DNA from: Chloroflexota bacterium
GTDB lineage: Bacteria > Chloroflexota > Limnocylindria > QHBO01
Direction: 5' to 3'
Assembly (NCBI GenBank): GCA_025937875.1
Contig: JAICQM010000003.1
Coordinates: 1-41,259, forward strand
Length of the DNA: 41,259 nt
Numbering within the stretch: the first letter of the stretch is position 1; each line of letters begins with the position of its first letter. The notes below the pieces were generated by a model. It made no database searches and had not been told where the DNA came from. It worked only from the letters and a program-made list of their open reading frames with translations. Positions 17,795 to 26,403 of the stretch are shown in pieces. The translations under genes were made by a program, and so were the position numbers.

Positions 17795-18832
17795 ATGCTC
17801 ACTCGCGACCACGCCTGGGTGGGAACCCTCCACGAGCACGCCATAGACTCGCAGGCGCTGACCGGCAACCCGCTCGGCGATCCGAACGTGCGGCCGCTGT
17901 ACGTGTACACGCCGCCCGCCTACGAGGCGGAACCGCAACGCCGCTTCCCGACCCTGTACGTCATCCAGGGCCTGACCGGCATGGTCGAGATGTGGCGCAA
18001 CCGCAAGCCCTTCCAGCCCACCGTGCTGGAGCGGGTCGACGCGCTGTTCGCCGATCCGGCCACAAGGCCCGCGGTCGTGGTCTACGTCGATGCCTTCACC
18101 GCGCTCGGCGGCAGCCAGTTCCTCGACTCACCGGCCACCGGCCGGTACCACACCTACCTGTGCGACGAGGTCGTGCCGTGGGTCGACGCGCACTACCGCA
18201 CCCTGCCCGGAGCTGCGCATCGCGGCATCGCCGGCAAGAGCTCGGGCGGCTACGGCGCCATGGTCACGCCAATGCTGCGGCCGGACCTGTTCGGAGGGCT
18301 CGCCACCCATGCCGGCGACGCCCTGTTCGAGCACTGTTACTGGCCCGACGTGCGCGCCGCGATCCGCGCCCTGCGTGACGTGTACGACGGCGACTACGAC
18401 GCCTTCTGGACCGATTTCCGTGCCCGGCCCGGCCGACCGAAGCACACGGACGATGCGCTGCTCAACGTATGGGCCATGGCCGCGTGCTATTCGGCCGACG
18501 CCGACGGCACCGTGCGGCTGCCCTGGCATCCCGACGGCCGCATCGACCATGACGTGTGGAACCGCTGGCTGGCCTGGGATCCGGTCCGCATGGCCGCCGT
18601 CCACGGCGAGGCGCTGCGCTCGCTTCGCGCGATCTGGATCGACGCCGGACGCAGTGACGAGTTCTACCTCGATGTTGGCGCCGACGCCTTCGCCGCTGCG
18701 GTGCGTGGGCTCGGGATCGGCGAGCCGACCCTGCACGTCGAGCGCTTCGACGGCACCCACGCCAACCTCGAGTGGCGCTACCCGCTGGCGCTCGCGTTCC
18801 TGTCTGAACGGCTCTCCGCCGGAACCTCGTAG
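17795..18832 (+). CDS. Alpha/beta-hydrolase esterase (Fes/enterochelin esterase-like)
   Basis: VYTPPAY, GKSSGG nucleophile motif, D and FDGTH catalytic residues. Confidence 0.85.
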   Translation: MLTRDHAWVGTLHEHAIDSQALTGNPLGDPNVRPLYVYTPPAYEAEPQRRFPTLYVIQGLTGMVEMWRNRKPFQPTVLERVDALFADPATRPAVVVYVDAFTALGGSQFLDSPATGRYHTYLCDEVVPWVDAHYRTLPGAAHRGIAGKSSGGYGAMVTPMLRPDLFGGLATHAGDALFEHCYWPDVRAAIRALRDVYDGDYDAFWTDFRARPGRPKHTDDALLNVWAMAACYSADADGTVRLPWHPDGRIDHDVWNRWLAWDPVRMAAVHGEALRSLRAIWIDAGRSDEFYLDVGADAFAAAVRGLGIGEPTLHVERFDGTHANLEWRYPLALAFLSERLSAGTS

Positions 18833-18942
18833 TCGCCGGTATCGGGCTGCCGGTCGTCGACCTCGGCCGGCCGTTCGGGCTCATGGACGTCGTCCGGCTC
18901 GTCACGGCCGGTGGTGGGCTCGAAGCCACGCGGATCGCTCAT
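18778..18942 (-). CDS. Possible 54-aa acidic small protein
   Basis: MSDPRGFEPTTGRDEPDD..; preceded by sigma54-like element; overlaps esterase 3' end by 55 nt. Confidence 0.35.
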   Translation of the reverse strand: MSDPRGFEPTTGRDEPDDVHEPERPAEVDDRQPDTGDYEVPAESRSDRNASASG

Positions 18943-18955
18943 GTCGCGCCGGAGC

Positions 18956-18971
18956 CGCATCATGCGTGCCT
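18956..18971 (-). promoter_or_regulatory. sigma54-like element AGGCACGCATGATGCG
   Basis: GGCACG and GG-N10-GC spacing; GC lies 14 nt before ATG 18942. Confidence 0.4.
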
Positions 18972-18997
18972 GCCGCCACGGACGGCGGGCAGGCAGT

Positions 18998-19684
18998 CTA
19001 TTCCTCGTAGGGGAGGCCACGTCCCACCGCCGGCCAGCCGGCCGCGAGGATGCGCTGCGCAACCGGCCGGTCCCGGGCCGGTGGATGGTCGGGAGCGATG
19101 AGGACGCCGGCGAGGGCCGGCAGCAGCGGCGCCGGGCCGAATGTCACTGCGACGAGGGAGTCGCCGGCCTGCGGGCCGTCGATGATGCGGAACAGCGTCT
19201 CCTGCGTCGCCGCGTCGTACGTGACCCAGAACGGGTCGGTGCTGGTGATACGGCGGACGGCGGTCCCGGTGCGCAGGCGTGCCGGCGGTGGCGTCTGCGG
19301 CATGGCCGGGGCGCCGGCGAACCACATGCGCCCCACCTGGTGCTCGCGCTCGAGGGTCTCGTTCCACCCCGACCACCACGTCGCATCGCGGGGCGTGGTC
19401 ACGTCGAGGGCCAGGTCGCTCAGCACCACGAGGGCATCCGGGTCGTGGACGATGTCGCGGCAGCGCTCGTCGCAGCCGGGCAGCATGAGACGCGGCAGCT
19501 CGGCGATCGCGAGCCGCGCGCTCAGCCAGCGGCTGAAACGCTCCGGGTCTCGATCGCGGGCAGCGGGGTCGATGAGCGTGAGCACCGTCTCGCCGTGCCG
19601 GATGAGCTCGACCGCGGCGGAAAAGGTCCCATAGCGGTCGTCTCGCTCGGATCGGCGATGCCGGGCTCTGTCCCGGGTGGCCAT
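18998..19684 (-). CDS. Hypothetical protein (228 aa)
   Basis: Protein-like composition, fills gap; CATCGT hexamer 6 nt before ATG. Confidence 0.6.
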   Translation of the reverse strand: MATRDRARHRRSERDDRYGTFSAAVELIRHGETVLTLIDPAARDRDPERFSRWLSARLAIAELPRLMLPGCDERCRDIVHDPDALVVLSDLALDVTTPRDATWWSGWNETLEREHQVGRMWFAGAPAMPQTPPPARLRTGTAVRRITSTDPFWVTYDAATQETLFRIIDGPQAGDSLVAVTFGPAPLLPALAGVLIAPDHPPARDRPVAQRILAAGWPAVGRGLPYEE

Positions 19685-19841
19685 TGAGCCACGATGGAAC
19701 ACCCGCCCGGCGGCAGCGGCAACCCGCCAGATCCGCCCCGCACCGCACCCCACTCCCCAACTGATGGCCCCAACGGCGGTTTGACCCGGTACTACTGGCG
19801 ACGGACGGGCCGCCGGGGCCGTGCCGTGGCAGAATCGCCAT

Positions 19842-21032
19842 GTGCCCCGCATCCTCGTCTACACCGGCAAGGGGGGCGTCGGCAAGACGAGCGTCGCCGC
19901 CGCCACCGCCCTCGCCTGCGCCGACCGTGGCTATCGGACGATCGTCATGTCGACCGATATCGCCCACAGCCTCGGCGACGCCTTCGACCGTCAGCTCGGG
20001 CCGACGCCGCTGGAGATCGTCCCCAACCTGTGGGCCCAGGAGTCTGACGTCTTCTTCAACGTGGCGCGCTACTGGGGCAAGATCCAGGAGTACGCCGCAT
20101 CCGTCCTGCGCTGGCGCGGCCTGGACGACGTCCTGGCCGAGGAGATGACGGTCCTGCCCGGCATGGACGAGGTGGGCAGTCTGCTGTGGATCGCCGACCA
20201 CCACGATTCGGGCGACTACGACGTGGTGGTGGTGGATGCCGCCCCCACGGGTGAGACGTTGCGGCTGCTGTCGCTGCCGGAGGCCGGTCGCTGGTGGATG
20301 GAGAAGGTGGAGCCGCTGGGACGGCGCATCACCAAGCTCACCGGCCCGATCATCCGGCGCGTGATCGGGATGCCGATGCCCGGCGACGCGGTCTTCGACG
20401 CCGGCGAGGAGCTGTTCGCCCGCCTGGAGCACATGCACAGCCTGCTCACCGATCACGACAAGACGTCGGTCCGGGTGGTGCTTACCCTGGAGCAGGTGGT
20501 GATCGCCGAGGCGCAGCGCTCGTTCACGTACTTCCACCTGTACGACTACCCGACCGACCTGGTGGTGGCCAACCGCGTCCTGCCCGACGAGGTCGGCGAG
20601 TACTTCCGCGGCTGGTACGAGGCGCAGCAGCGCTACGGGCCGCTGGTCGAGAAGACGTTCCACCCCATCCCGGTCAGGCAGGCGCCCTACTTCGATCGCG
20701 AGATGGTGGGCGTCGACCTGCTGCGCGAGCTGGCGGCGACCCTCTACGGCGACGAGGACCCGACCACGTTCTTCTACCGTGGCCGGCCATACCGGGTGGC
20801 GCGCGACGGCAGCGAGTTCATCGTCTCGGTCGAGCTCCCATTCACCGAGAAGCGCCAGATCAACCTGTCGCGCCACGGCGACGAGCTCGTCATCGACCTC
20901 GGCACCTGGCGCCGGACACTCGTCCTGCCGCGCCTGCTCGTCGACGTCCCCACCCAGGGAGCGCGATTCGAGGACGGAACCCTCAAGATTCGCTTCGGCA
21001 CCCGCGAACCGGAAGGAGCACCAACCACATGA
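19842..21032 (+). CDS. ArsA/Get3-family ATPase with C-terminal HSP20-like (alpha-crystallin) domain
   Basis: GKGGVGKT, STDIAHSLGD, PGMDE, DAAPTGETLRLL, VVANR; C-terminal GDELVIDLGTWRRTLVLP..ARFEDGTLKIRF; CAGAAT 6 nt before GTG. Confidence 0.9.
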   Translation: MPRILVYTGKGGVGKTSVAAATALACADRGYRTIVMSTDIAHSLGDAFDRQLGPTPLEIVPNLWAQESDVFFNVARYWGKIQEYAASVLRWRGLDDVLAEEMTVLPGMDEVGSLLWIADHHDSGDYDVVVVDAAPTGETLRLLSLPEAGRWWMEKVEPLGRRITKLTGPIIRRVIGMPMPGDAVFDAGEELFARLEHMHSLLTDHDKTSVRVVLTLEQVVIAEAQRSFTYFHLYDYPTDLVVANRVLPDEVGEYFRGWYEAQQRYGPLVEKTFHPIPVRQAPYFDREMVGVDLLRELAATLYGDEDPTTFFYRGRPYRVARDGSEFIVSVELPFTEKRQINLSRHGDELVIDLGTWRRTLVLPRLLVDVPTQGARFEDGTLKIRFGTREPEGAPTT

Positions 21033-21325
21033 CCGATCAGCAGACCACCGACCCCCGCACGGCGCAGCTCGAAGCGCGGATCGCCGAGCTCGAGAAGCGC
21101 GTGCCCCGCGAGTCGTCCGGCGGCTCGGGCAAGACGGGATTCGAGACCGCCTTCTGGGCGATGATGCACACCGTCTTCCCGGACGAGGCGCGGAAGCACC
21201 TCAAGGTCGCCGGGCGCGAGCAGCTGCTCGCGGCGCGCGTGTACCTCGACCGATGGATCGCTCGCCTCGACGAGCAGGAGGCGGCAAGCACCAGCCGCCC
21301 GCACGAGAAGATCGACATCGAATAG
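21029..21325 (+). CDS. Small helical protein coupled to ArsA/Get3 gene, ending in KIDIE
   Basis: AAGGAG SD, ATGA overlap; coiled coil then PDEARKHL..REQLLAAR..LD. Confidence 0.8.
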   Translation: MTDQQTTDPRTAQLEARIAELEKRVPRESSGGSGKTGFETAFWAMMHTVFPDEARKHLKVAGREQLLAARVYLDRWIARLDEQEAASTSRPHEKIDIE

Positions 21326-21328
21326 CCT

Positions 21329-21364
21329 CGTCCGGCTCCGATTCGCATCGGGCGGGGCTGGACG
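21329..21364. terminator. Hairpin after ArsA operon
   Basis: CGTCCGGCTCCG / CGGGGCTGGACG 12-bp stem with G-U pairs. Confidence 0.5.
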
Positions 21365-21377
21365 GCCACGTCGTGCC

Positions 21378-21512
21378 CCTCCGTCCCCCCGAGCGTGACC
21401 GGCAGCCACGACCACGCCCCTGCGTGGCCGACGGTCCCGTCGGGTGAGCGGGGCAGCCACTTCTAGGTCGGTAGTCCCGTCCGGCGGGAACCGGCACGCT
21501 GGTCCGGGGAGG
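21378..21512. ncRNA. Candidate structured RNA (rod-like, possibly 6S-like)
   Basis: Nested pairings AGCGTG/CACGCT, CCGG/CCGG, CGACC/GGTCG, GCCCC/GGGGC, CCGACG/CGTCGG; no convincing ORF. Confidence 0.3.
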
Positions 21513-21539
21513 TCGAGTGCGCTATCGTCTGGCCTGCTG

Positions 21540-21615
21540 GCGGGAGTAGCTCAGCTGGCAGAGCGGCAGCCTTCCAAGCTGCATGTCGCGGGTTCGATCC
21601 CCGTCTCCCGCTCCA
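21540..21615 (+). tRNA. tRNA-Gly (anticodon TCC)
   Basis: GCGGGAG/CTCCCGC acceptor stem, D arm, GCAGC-CTTCCAA-GCTGC anticodon arm, GTTCGATC T loop, encoded CCA; 76 nt. Confidence 0.97.
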
Positions 21616-21732
21616 TCCTCCAGCACGCCCGGCATCGGTCCAGTTGCCGTTGACCGCCGGCGGTACACTCGGACCGGTACCGTCGGCGAGCACCTGAGGC
21701 AAACGCGGCCGGCGGAACGGAGGCCCCGACCG

Positions 21733-22134
21733 ATGGCGCGCATCACGGTCGTCGACGACTACGCCGAGTTCCTGGGCACCATGACCGCCATCCTCGATGG
21801 GCTCGAGGGCCATGCGGTCGCGGCGTTCACCGGCGCCGACACGACCCTGGACGATCTCGTCCGCTCGCAGCCCGACCTGCTCATCGTGGACCTCCACGTC
21901 TTCGATGATCACCAGGCCGGCCTCAGCGTCGACGCGCTGGCCAGCGTCGCTGCGCCGTTGGGCAACGTCCCGATGATCATCTGCTCGGGTGACCTGCAGC
22001 GCCTGCGCGACGGGGACACGCTCCCCCGCGACCACGGTATCTACACCCTCGAGAAGCCGTTCGACGTCGAGGACCTGACCGCGCTGGTCGACCGGGCGCT
22101 CCACGAGGCTGCCCGCAGCCAGGCGTCGGCCTAG
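21733..22134 (+). CDS. Single-domain response regulator receiver
   Basis: VVDD, LIVDL, ICSG, KPFD; GGAGG SD. Confidence 0.87.
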   Translation: MARITVVDDYAEFLGTMTAILDGLEGHAVAAFTGADTTLDDLVRSQPDLLIVDLHVFDDHQAGLSVDALASVAAPLGNVPMIICSGDLQRLRDGDTLPRDHGIYTLEKPFDVEDLTALVDRALHEAARSQASA

Positions 22135-22208
22135 GGCATCGTCGGGCGGCCGGCAGCATCGGCCGCGGCAGGCGACAATACCGGGCCCCACTGTGAGTCA
22201 GGCGTCGA

Positions 22209-22889
22209 TTGCACTCCCTTCACGCGCGCGACCCCGGGCACGAGCTGCTCGACGGCCCGGCCCTGGACCCCGCGGAGCTGCGGCGCAACCTGCGCGAGAT
22301 GGCACGGCTCAATCGCCTCCCCGGCGGCGTGGGCACCAGCGTGGCCGCCATCCGCGATGCGCTGGACCACGGTGCCGGTGAGGTGCTCGACGTGGGCACC
22401 GGCGGCGGCGACCTCCCGCGACGCCTGCTGCGCGAGCTGCCCGCGGTGCGCGTCACCGCCACCGACGTACGCCCCGAGATCCTGGACCTCGCACGCGCCT
22501 GGAGCCCGCCGGAGGCGCGGCTGCGGCTCGCGGTCGCCGACGCGCGCGCCCTGCCGTTCGACGAGGCCAGCGTCGACGTCGTGCACGCGTCGCTGGTCGT
22601 CCACCACCTGGACGTCACCGAGGCGGTGAGCGCGTTGCGCGAAATGCGCCGCGTCGCGCGCCGGGCCGTGATCGTCAACGACCTGCGCCGCGGAAGGCTC
22701 GCCCACGCGATCACCACGCTCACCGTCCTGGGCCTGACGCACGGGCGCTACACGCGGCACGATGGGGTCCTCTCGTCGCGTCGCGCCTACACCTTGGCCG
22801 AGCTCGACGCACTGGCCGCCGAGGCCGGCCTGCGGGTCATGGCCCGCTCCCCGTCGTTCCTGCCGCGCGTAGTGACGACGTACCGATGA
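22209..22889 (+). CDS. SAM-dependent methyltransferase
   Basis: ELLD N-terminus, VLDVGTGGGD, DARALPF, LVVHHL, VNDLRR, HDG..S.RRAYT; TTG start. Confidence 0.88.
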   Translation: MHSLHARDPGHELLDGPALDPAELRRNLREMARLNRLPGGVGTSVAAIRDALDHGAGEVLDVGTGGGDLPRRLLRELPAVRVTATDVRPEILDLARAWSPPEARLRLAVADARALPFDEASVDVVHASLVVHHLDVTEAVSALREMRRVARRAVIVNDLRRGRLAHAITTLTVLGLTHGRYTRHDGVLSSRRAYTLAELDALAAEAGLRVMARSPSFLPRVVTTYR

Positions 22890-24046
22890 GCACCTTCGAC
22901 TGCGACGTCCTCGTCATCGGGGCCGGCCCGGCCGGGTCGGCCACGGCGGCCGCGCTGGCGCGTGCCGGGCGTGACGTGATGCTCGTCGAGGCCCGGCGCC
23001 ACCCACGCCCCAAGGCGTGCGCCGAATACGCCAGCCCGCGCATCGTCGAGGAGCTCGCCCGGCTCGGCCTTGGCGGGGATGCCTGGCGGCGATACGCAGT
23101 GGCGCTCGACCGGATGCACGTCGTCCGCGACACGCAGCGCGTCCCGATCACGTATCGCGACGGTGACGGGCCGCGGACCGCGTGGGGCCTCGACCGGCTG
23201 GGCTTCGATGCCCTCCTCGCCGAACACGCCGTCGCCTCGGGAGCGCGTCTCCTCGATCGCACGCGGCTGGAGCGGCTCACCGACGGCGTCGCGGTGCTGC
23301 GCACGACCGACGATTCCGTCCACGTCCGCTACCGGTGGCTCGTGGGTGCCGACGGGGCGCGCTCGCGGGTCGCGCGCCAGCTGGGTGTGGAACGGCCGGT
23401 CCGCGCCCCGCGGCGACTGGGCATGGTCGCCCATTACGAGGGGCTTCCCGACCTGGTGACGCACGGGGAGATGCACGTCGGCAGCGGCGCCTACATCGGC
23501 CTCGCTCCCACGCCCGGCGGCGAGCTGAACGTCGGCATGGCGCTGCCGCTGGCGGCGACGACCGGTGCCGCGCTCCGCTTCGACGCGGCGATTGCAGCCC
23601 TGCCCGCCGTGGCCCACAGGCTTGCCGGCCGCCGACGCCTGACGCCGATCCGGGGCGTCGCGCCCATCGGCCACCGCGTGGCCGCGACCGCCGGCGCGGA
23701 CTGGTTGCTGGTCGGCGACGCGGCCGGGTTCGTCGACCCATTCACCGGCGAGGGAATCTACCGTGCCCTGCGCTCCGCGCGTGCCGCCGCGTCGGCCCTG
23801 GCGGCCGGCGATCACGGTGCCGGCCAGCGCTATCGGTCCGCCCGAATCGCCGCCTTCGCCGCCAAGGACTCGCTAACGTGGCTCGTCCAGGGGATGCTCG
23901 CCGCTCCCCCGCTGCTCGGCTACACGCTGCGTCGTCTCGAGCGCCGCCCGGATGCCGCCGCCGCCCTGGGCGCCGCGCTGGGCGACTGCCGCCCTGCCAC
24001 GACGGCGCTGTCGCCGCGTTTTCTGGCCTCGGTCCTGTTGCCGTGA
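22886..24046 (+). CDS. FAD-dependent oxidoreductase (geranylgeranyl reductase/flavin monooxygenase family)
   Basis: IGAGPAG, KACAE, GADGARS, GDAAGFVDPFTGEGI; ATGA overlap. Confidence 0.9.
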   Translation: MSTFDCDVLVIGAGPAGSATAAALARAGRDVMLVEARRHPRPKACAEYASPRIVEELARLGLGGDAWRRYAVALDRMHVVRDTQRVPITYRDGDGPRTAWGLDRLGFDALLAEHAVASGARLLDRTRLERLTDGVAVLRTTDDSVHVRYRWLVGADGARSRVARQLGVERPVRAPRRLGMVAHYEGLPDLVTHGEMHVGSGAYIGLAPTPGGELNVGMALPLAATTGAALRFDAAIAALPAVAHRLAGRRRLTPIRGVAPIGHRVAATAGADWLLVGDAAGFVDPFTGEGIYRALRSARAAASALAAGDHGAGQRYRSARIAAFAAKDSLTWLVQGMLAAPPLLGYTLRRLERRPDAAAALGAALGDCRPATTALSPRFLASVLLP

Positions 24047-24489
24047 AAAGCCGATTGGCGGTCCGCATGCGGGCGCCCATCGAGGTCATCTTCCCGCTGG
24101 CCGCCGACGTCGAACGCTGGCCGGAGCGCCTGGCCCACTATCGCTTCGTGCGCCGGGTGGCCGATCCGAACGGCGAGCGCCGGTTCGCGATGGGCGCCCG
24201 CCGCGGCCCGATCCCGGTGCGCTGGGAAGCCGTCCAGCGGCCGATGCCCGACGCACGCCGCATCGAGTTCGTCCATACCGGCGGCGTCACGCGTGGCATG
24301 CGCGTGGCCTGGACGTTCACGCCGGAGCCCGACGGTGTGACGCTGGTGGCCATCGAGCACGAGCTGGAGCTCGCCTGGCCCGTCCTCGGCCATTTCGCCG
24401 CCGAGCGGGTCATCGGCCCGCAGTTCATCGAGCCCATCGCCCACCGAACGCTCCGGCGCATCCGCGATCTGGCGGAGGCTGACGCATGA
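24043..24489 (+). CDS. SRPBCC/START (polyketide cyclase/aromatase-like) protein
   Basis: IF.LAADVERWPERLAHY..PVRW..GGVTRGMRVAWTF..IEH; GTGA overlap. Confidence 0.85.
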   Translation: MKSRLAVRMRAPIEVIFPLAADVERWPERLAHYRFVRRVADPNGERRFAMGARRGPIPVRWEAVQRPMPDARRIEFVHTGGVTRGMRVAWTFTPEPDGVTLVAIEHELELAWPVLGHFAAERVIGPQFIEPIAHRTLRRIRDLAEADA

Positions 24490-25718
24490 GGCGGGTGGTG
24501 ATCACCGGCATCGGCGCGGTGACCCCCATCGGCCACGGCGCAGACGGGCTGGCGGCGGGGGTGCGCCGCAATCGGTCGGCGGTGCGTACGATCGACCGCT
24601 TCGACGCCTCGCCATTTCCGTCCCGCATCGCGGCCCAGATCGACGATTTCGTCCCGGCCGATCATCTCGACGCGCGCCGCGCGCGGCGCCTCGACCGGTT
24701 CAGCGCCCTCGCCGTCGCCGCCGCGCGGATGGCCGCCGAGCACGCCGGCCTGCCGATCGCCAACGGGCGTGCCGATCGCACCGGGACGTGGATCGGGTCC
24801 GCGCTGGGGGGCGTCGCCTTCGGGGAGGAGCAGCACGCGGCGTACGTCGCCCGCGGCGTGCGGGGCGTATCGCCCACCCTCGCCACCGCGGTGTTCGGCG
24901 GCGCCGGTGCCAGCAACGTGGCGATCGACCTCGGGATCCGAGGACCGGCGATCGGCAACGCCAACTCCTGTGCCTCGGGTGCGGTGGCCATCGGCCAGGC
25001 CTTCGATGCCGTGCGTGGCGGCACCGTCGACCAGGCCCTGGCCGGCGGTGCGGAGGCGCCGCTGGCACCCCTCACCTTCGGCGCGTTCGCGATGATCCGC
25101 GTCCTGTCGCAACGCAACGACGACCCAGCGACCGCGTCCCGACCGTTCGACGTGGCTCGCGACGGCTTCGTGATGGGCGAGGGCGCGGCGATCCTGGTCC
25201 TGGAGACGCTGGAGGCCGCCGAGCGCCGCGGGGCGACCATCCTGGCCGAGATCCTCGGCTTCGGCGCCTCGACCGATGCACATCACCTGACCGCGCCGCT
25301 GCCGTCCGGGGCGGCGGCCGCGGCCGCCATCCGCTCCGCCCTGGCCGTGGCGGAGCGCGACGCGAGTGACGTCGGCTACGTCAACGCGCACGCCTCGAGC
25401 ACGCCGCTCAACGAAGTGGCCGAGGCGCGCGCCCTGCACCTCGCGCTGGGCCCCGGTGCCGGCGACATCCCGGTCTCGGGTACCAAGGGCCTCTACGGCC
25501 ACGCGCTCGGGGCCAGCGGCGCCATCGAGGCCGCGATCACCGCCATGGCGCTGCGCGACGGCGAGCTGCCGGGCACGTGCAACCTCGTGACCCCAGATCC
25601 CGAGCTGGGCCTCAACGTCCTGCGCGAGGCGATCCATGCCCTGCCGTCGACGGTGATCTCGACCTCATTCGGCTTCGGTGGCATGAACGCCGCGCTGGTC
25701 CTCGGCCGGGTTGACTGA
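24486..25718 (+). CDS. Beta-ketoacyl synthase (FabF/KAS II-like)
   Basis: VVITGIG, NSCASG (Cys), RDGFVMGEG, NAHASST (His), TKGLYGHALGA (His), SFGFGG. Confidence 0.92.
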   Translation: MRRVVITGIGAVTPIGHGADGLAAGVRRNRSAVRTIDRFDASPFPSRIAAQIDDFVPADHLDARRARRLDRFSALAVAAARMAAEHAGLPIANGRADRTGTWIGSALGGVAFGEEQHAAYVARGVRGVSPTLATAVFGGAGASNVAIDLGIRGPAIGNANSCASGAVAIGQAFDAVRGGTVDQALAGGAEAPLAPLTFGAFAMIRVLSQRNDDPATASRPFDVARDGFVMGEGAAILVLETLEAAERRGATILAEILGFGASTDAHHLTAPLPSGAAAAAAIRSALAVAERDASDVGYVNAHASSTPLNEVAEARALHLALGPGAGDIPVSGTKGLYGHALGASGAIEAAITAMALRDGELPGTCNLVTPDPELGLNVLREAIHALPSTVISTSFGFGGMNAALVLGRVD

Positions 25719-25722
25719 GGCC

Positions 25723-25738
25723 GGGCACGGGTCCTGCA
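25723..25738 (+). promoter_or_regulatory. sigma54-like element GGGCACGGGTCCTGCA
   Basis: GGCACG-N4-CTGCA; GC lies 17 nt before ATG 25755. Confidence 0.45.
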
Positions 25739-25754
25739 CCGAGCTGAACAGCAG

Positions 25755-26393
25755 ATGACGACCGATATCCAGCCACCACGGGGCCTGACCGCGTCCGATG
25801 ACGACGTCGCGTTCGTGGCGTGGACGGTTTGCGTTCCGCACGGGCGTGACTTCAACTGCGCCGACCTCGAGCACCACGCGCCGCTGCCGAGAATCGGCGA
25901 CGCGGTGGAGTACATCGACGAGGCCGGCCAGCGCCACTGGTACCGGGTGCGCGACGTCGTGCACACCATCCAATCGGCCGCTGACACGCGCCCAACGGTC
26001 GCGGAGGGCGGTGGGTCGCCGAACAGCACCCCCCGCGACCGCGGGCCGGCGGAGGCGCCAGCCAGCACGGGCCAGGTTCGCGCCGGCCTGCCGCGGGTCT
26101 ACCTGCAACCTACCGATCCCCCGCAGCTAGGAGAGATGATGAGCGACAACGACGAGCGCGAGCGACCCGACGCGGGCGCCTACATCGGTCGCAAGCCGGA
26201 GTTCGCCAGCGAGACGATCCCGGGCGGGGTGCGTCCCGACGACGAGCGGGTCGCCGCCGGCGACACGCAATCGAGCGGGGCCGGGAGCGCCGACGAGCGC
26301 AGCCAGGGCGGTGACGACGAGCCGCCCGGTGGGCACCGCGAGGGTCCGCAGGCGGGTGACGATGACGTGCGGGAGGCCGGTAAGGACCGCTGA
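25755..26393 (+). CDS. Hypothetical protein; beta-rich N-domain and acidic disordered C-part with its own in-frame SD and ATG (26136)
   Basis: PLPRIGDAVEY..WYRVRDVVHT; internal AGGAGAG-ATG-ATG. Confidence 0.6.
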   Translation: MTTDIQPPRGLTASDDDVAFVAWTVCVPHGRDFNCADLEHHAPLPRIGDAVEYIDEAGQRHWYRVRDVVHTIQSAADTRPTVAEGGGSPNSTPRDRGPAEAPASTGQVRAGLPRVYLQPTDPPQLGEMMSDNDERERPDAGAYIGRKPEFASETIPGGVRPDDERVAAGDTQSSGAGSADERSQGGDDEPPGGHREGPQAGDDDVREAGKDR

Positions 26394-26403
26394 TCCCGGC
26401 CCT

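Noticed and set aside
19842-21032. Arsenite-resistance ArsA
   Set aside because: Single ATPase domain, no metalloid-binding Cys motifs, no arsB/C/D nearby, HSP20-like tail
22193-22230. Frameshift at the methyltransferase 5' end (GTG 22193 in another frame)
   Set aside because: In-frame TTG 22209 gives a full-length protein; no need to invoke a frameshift
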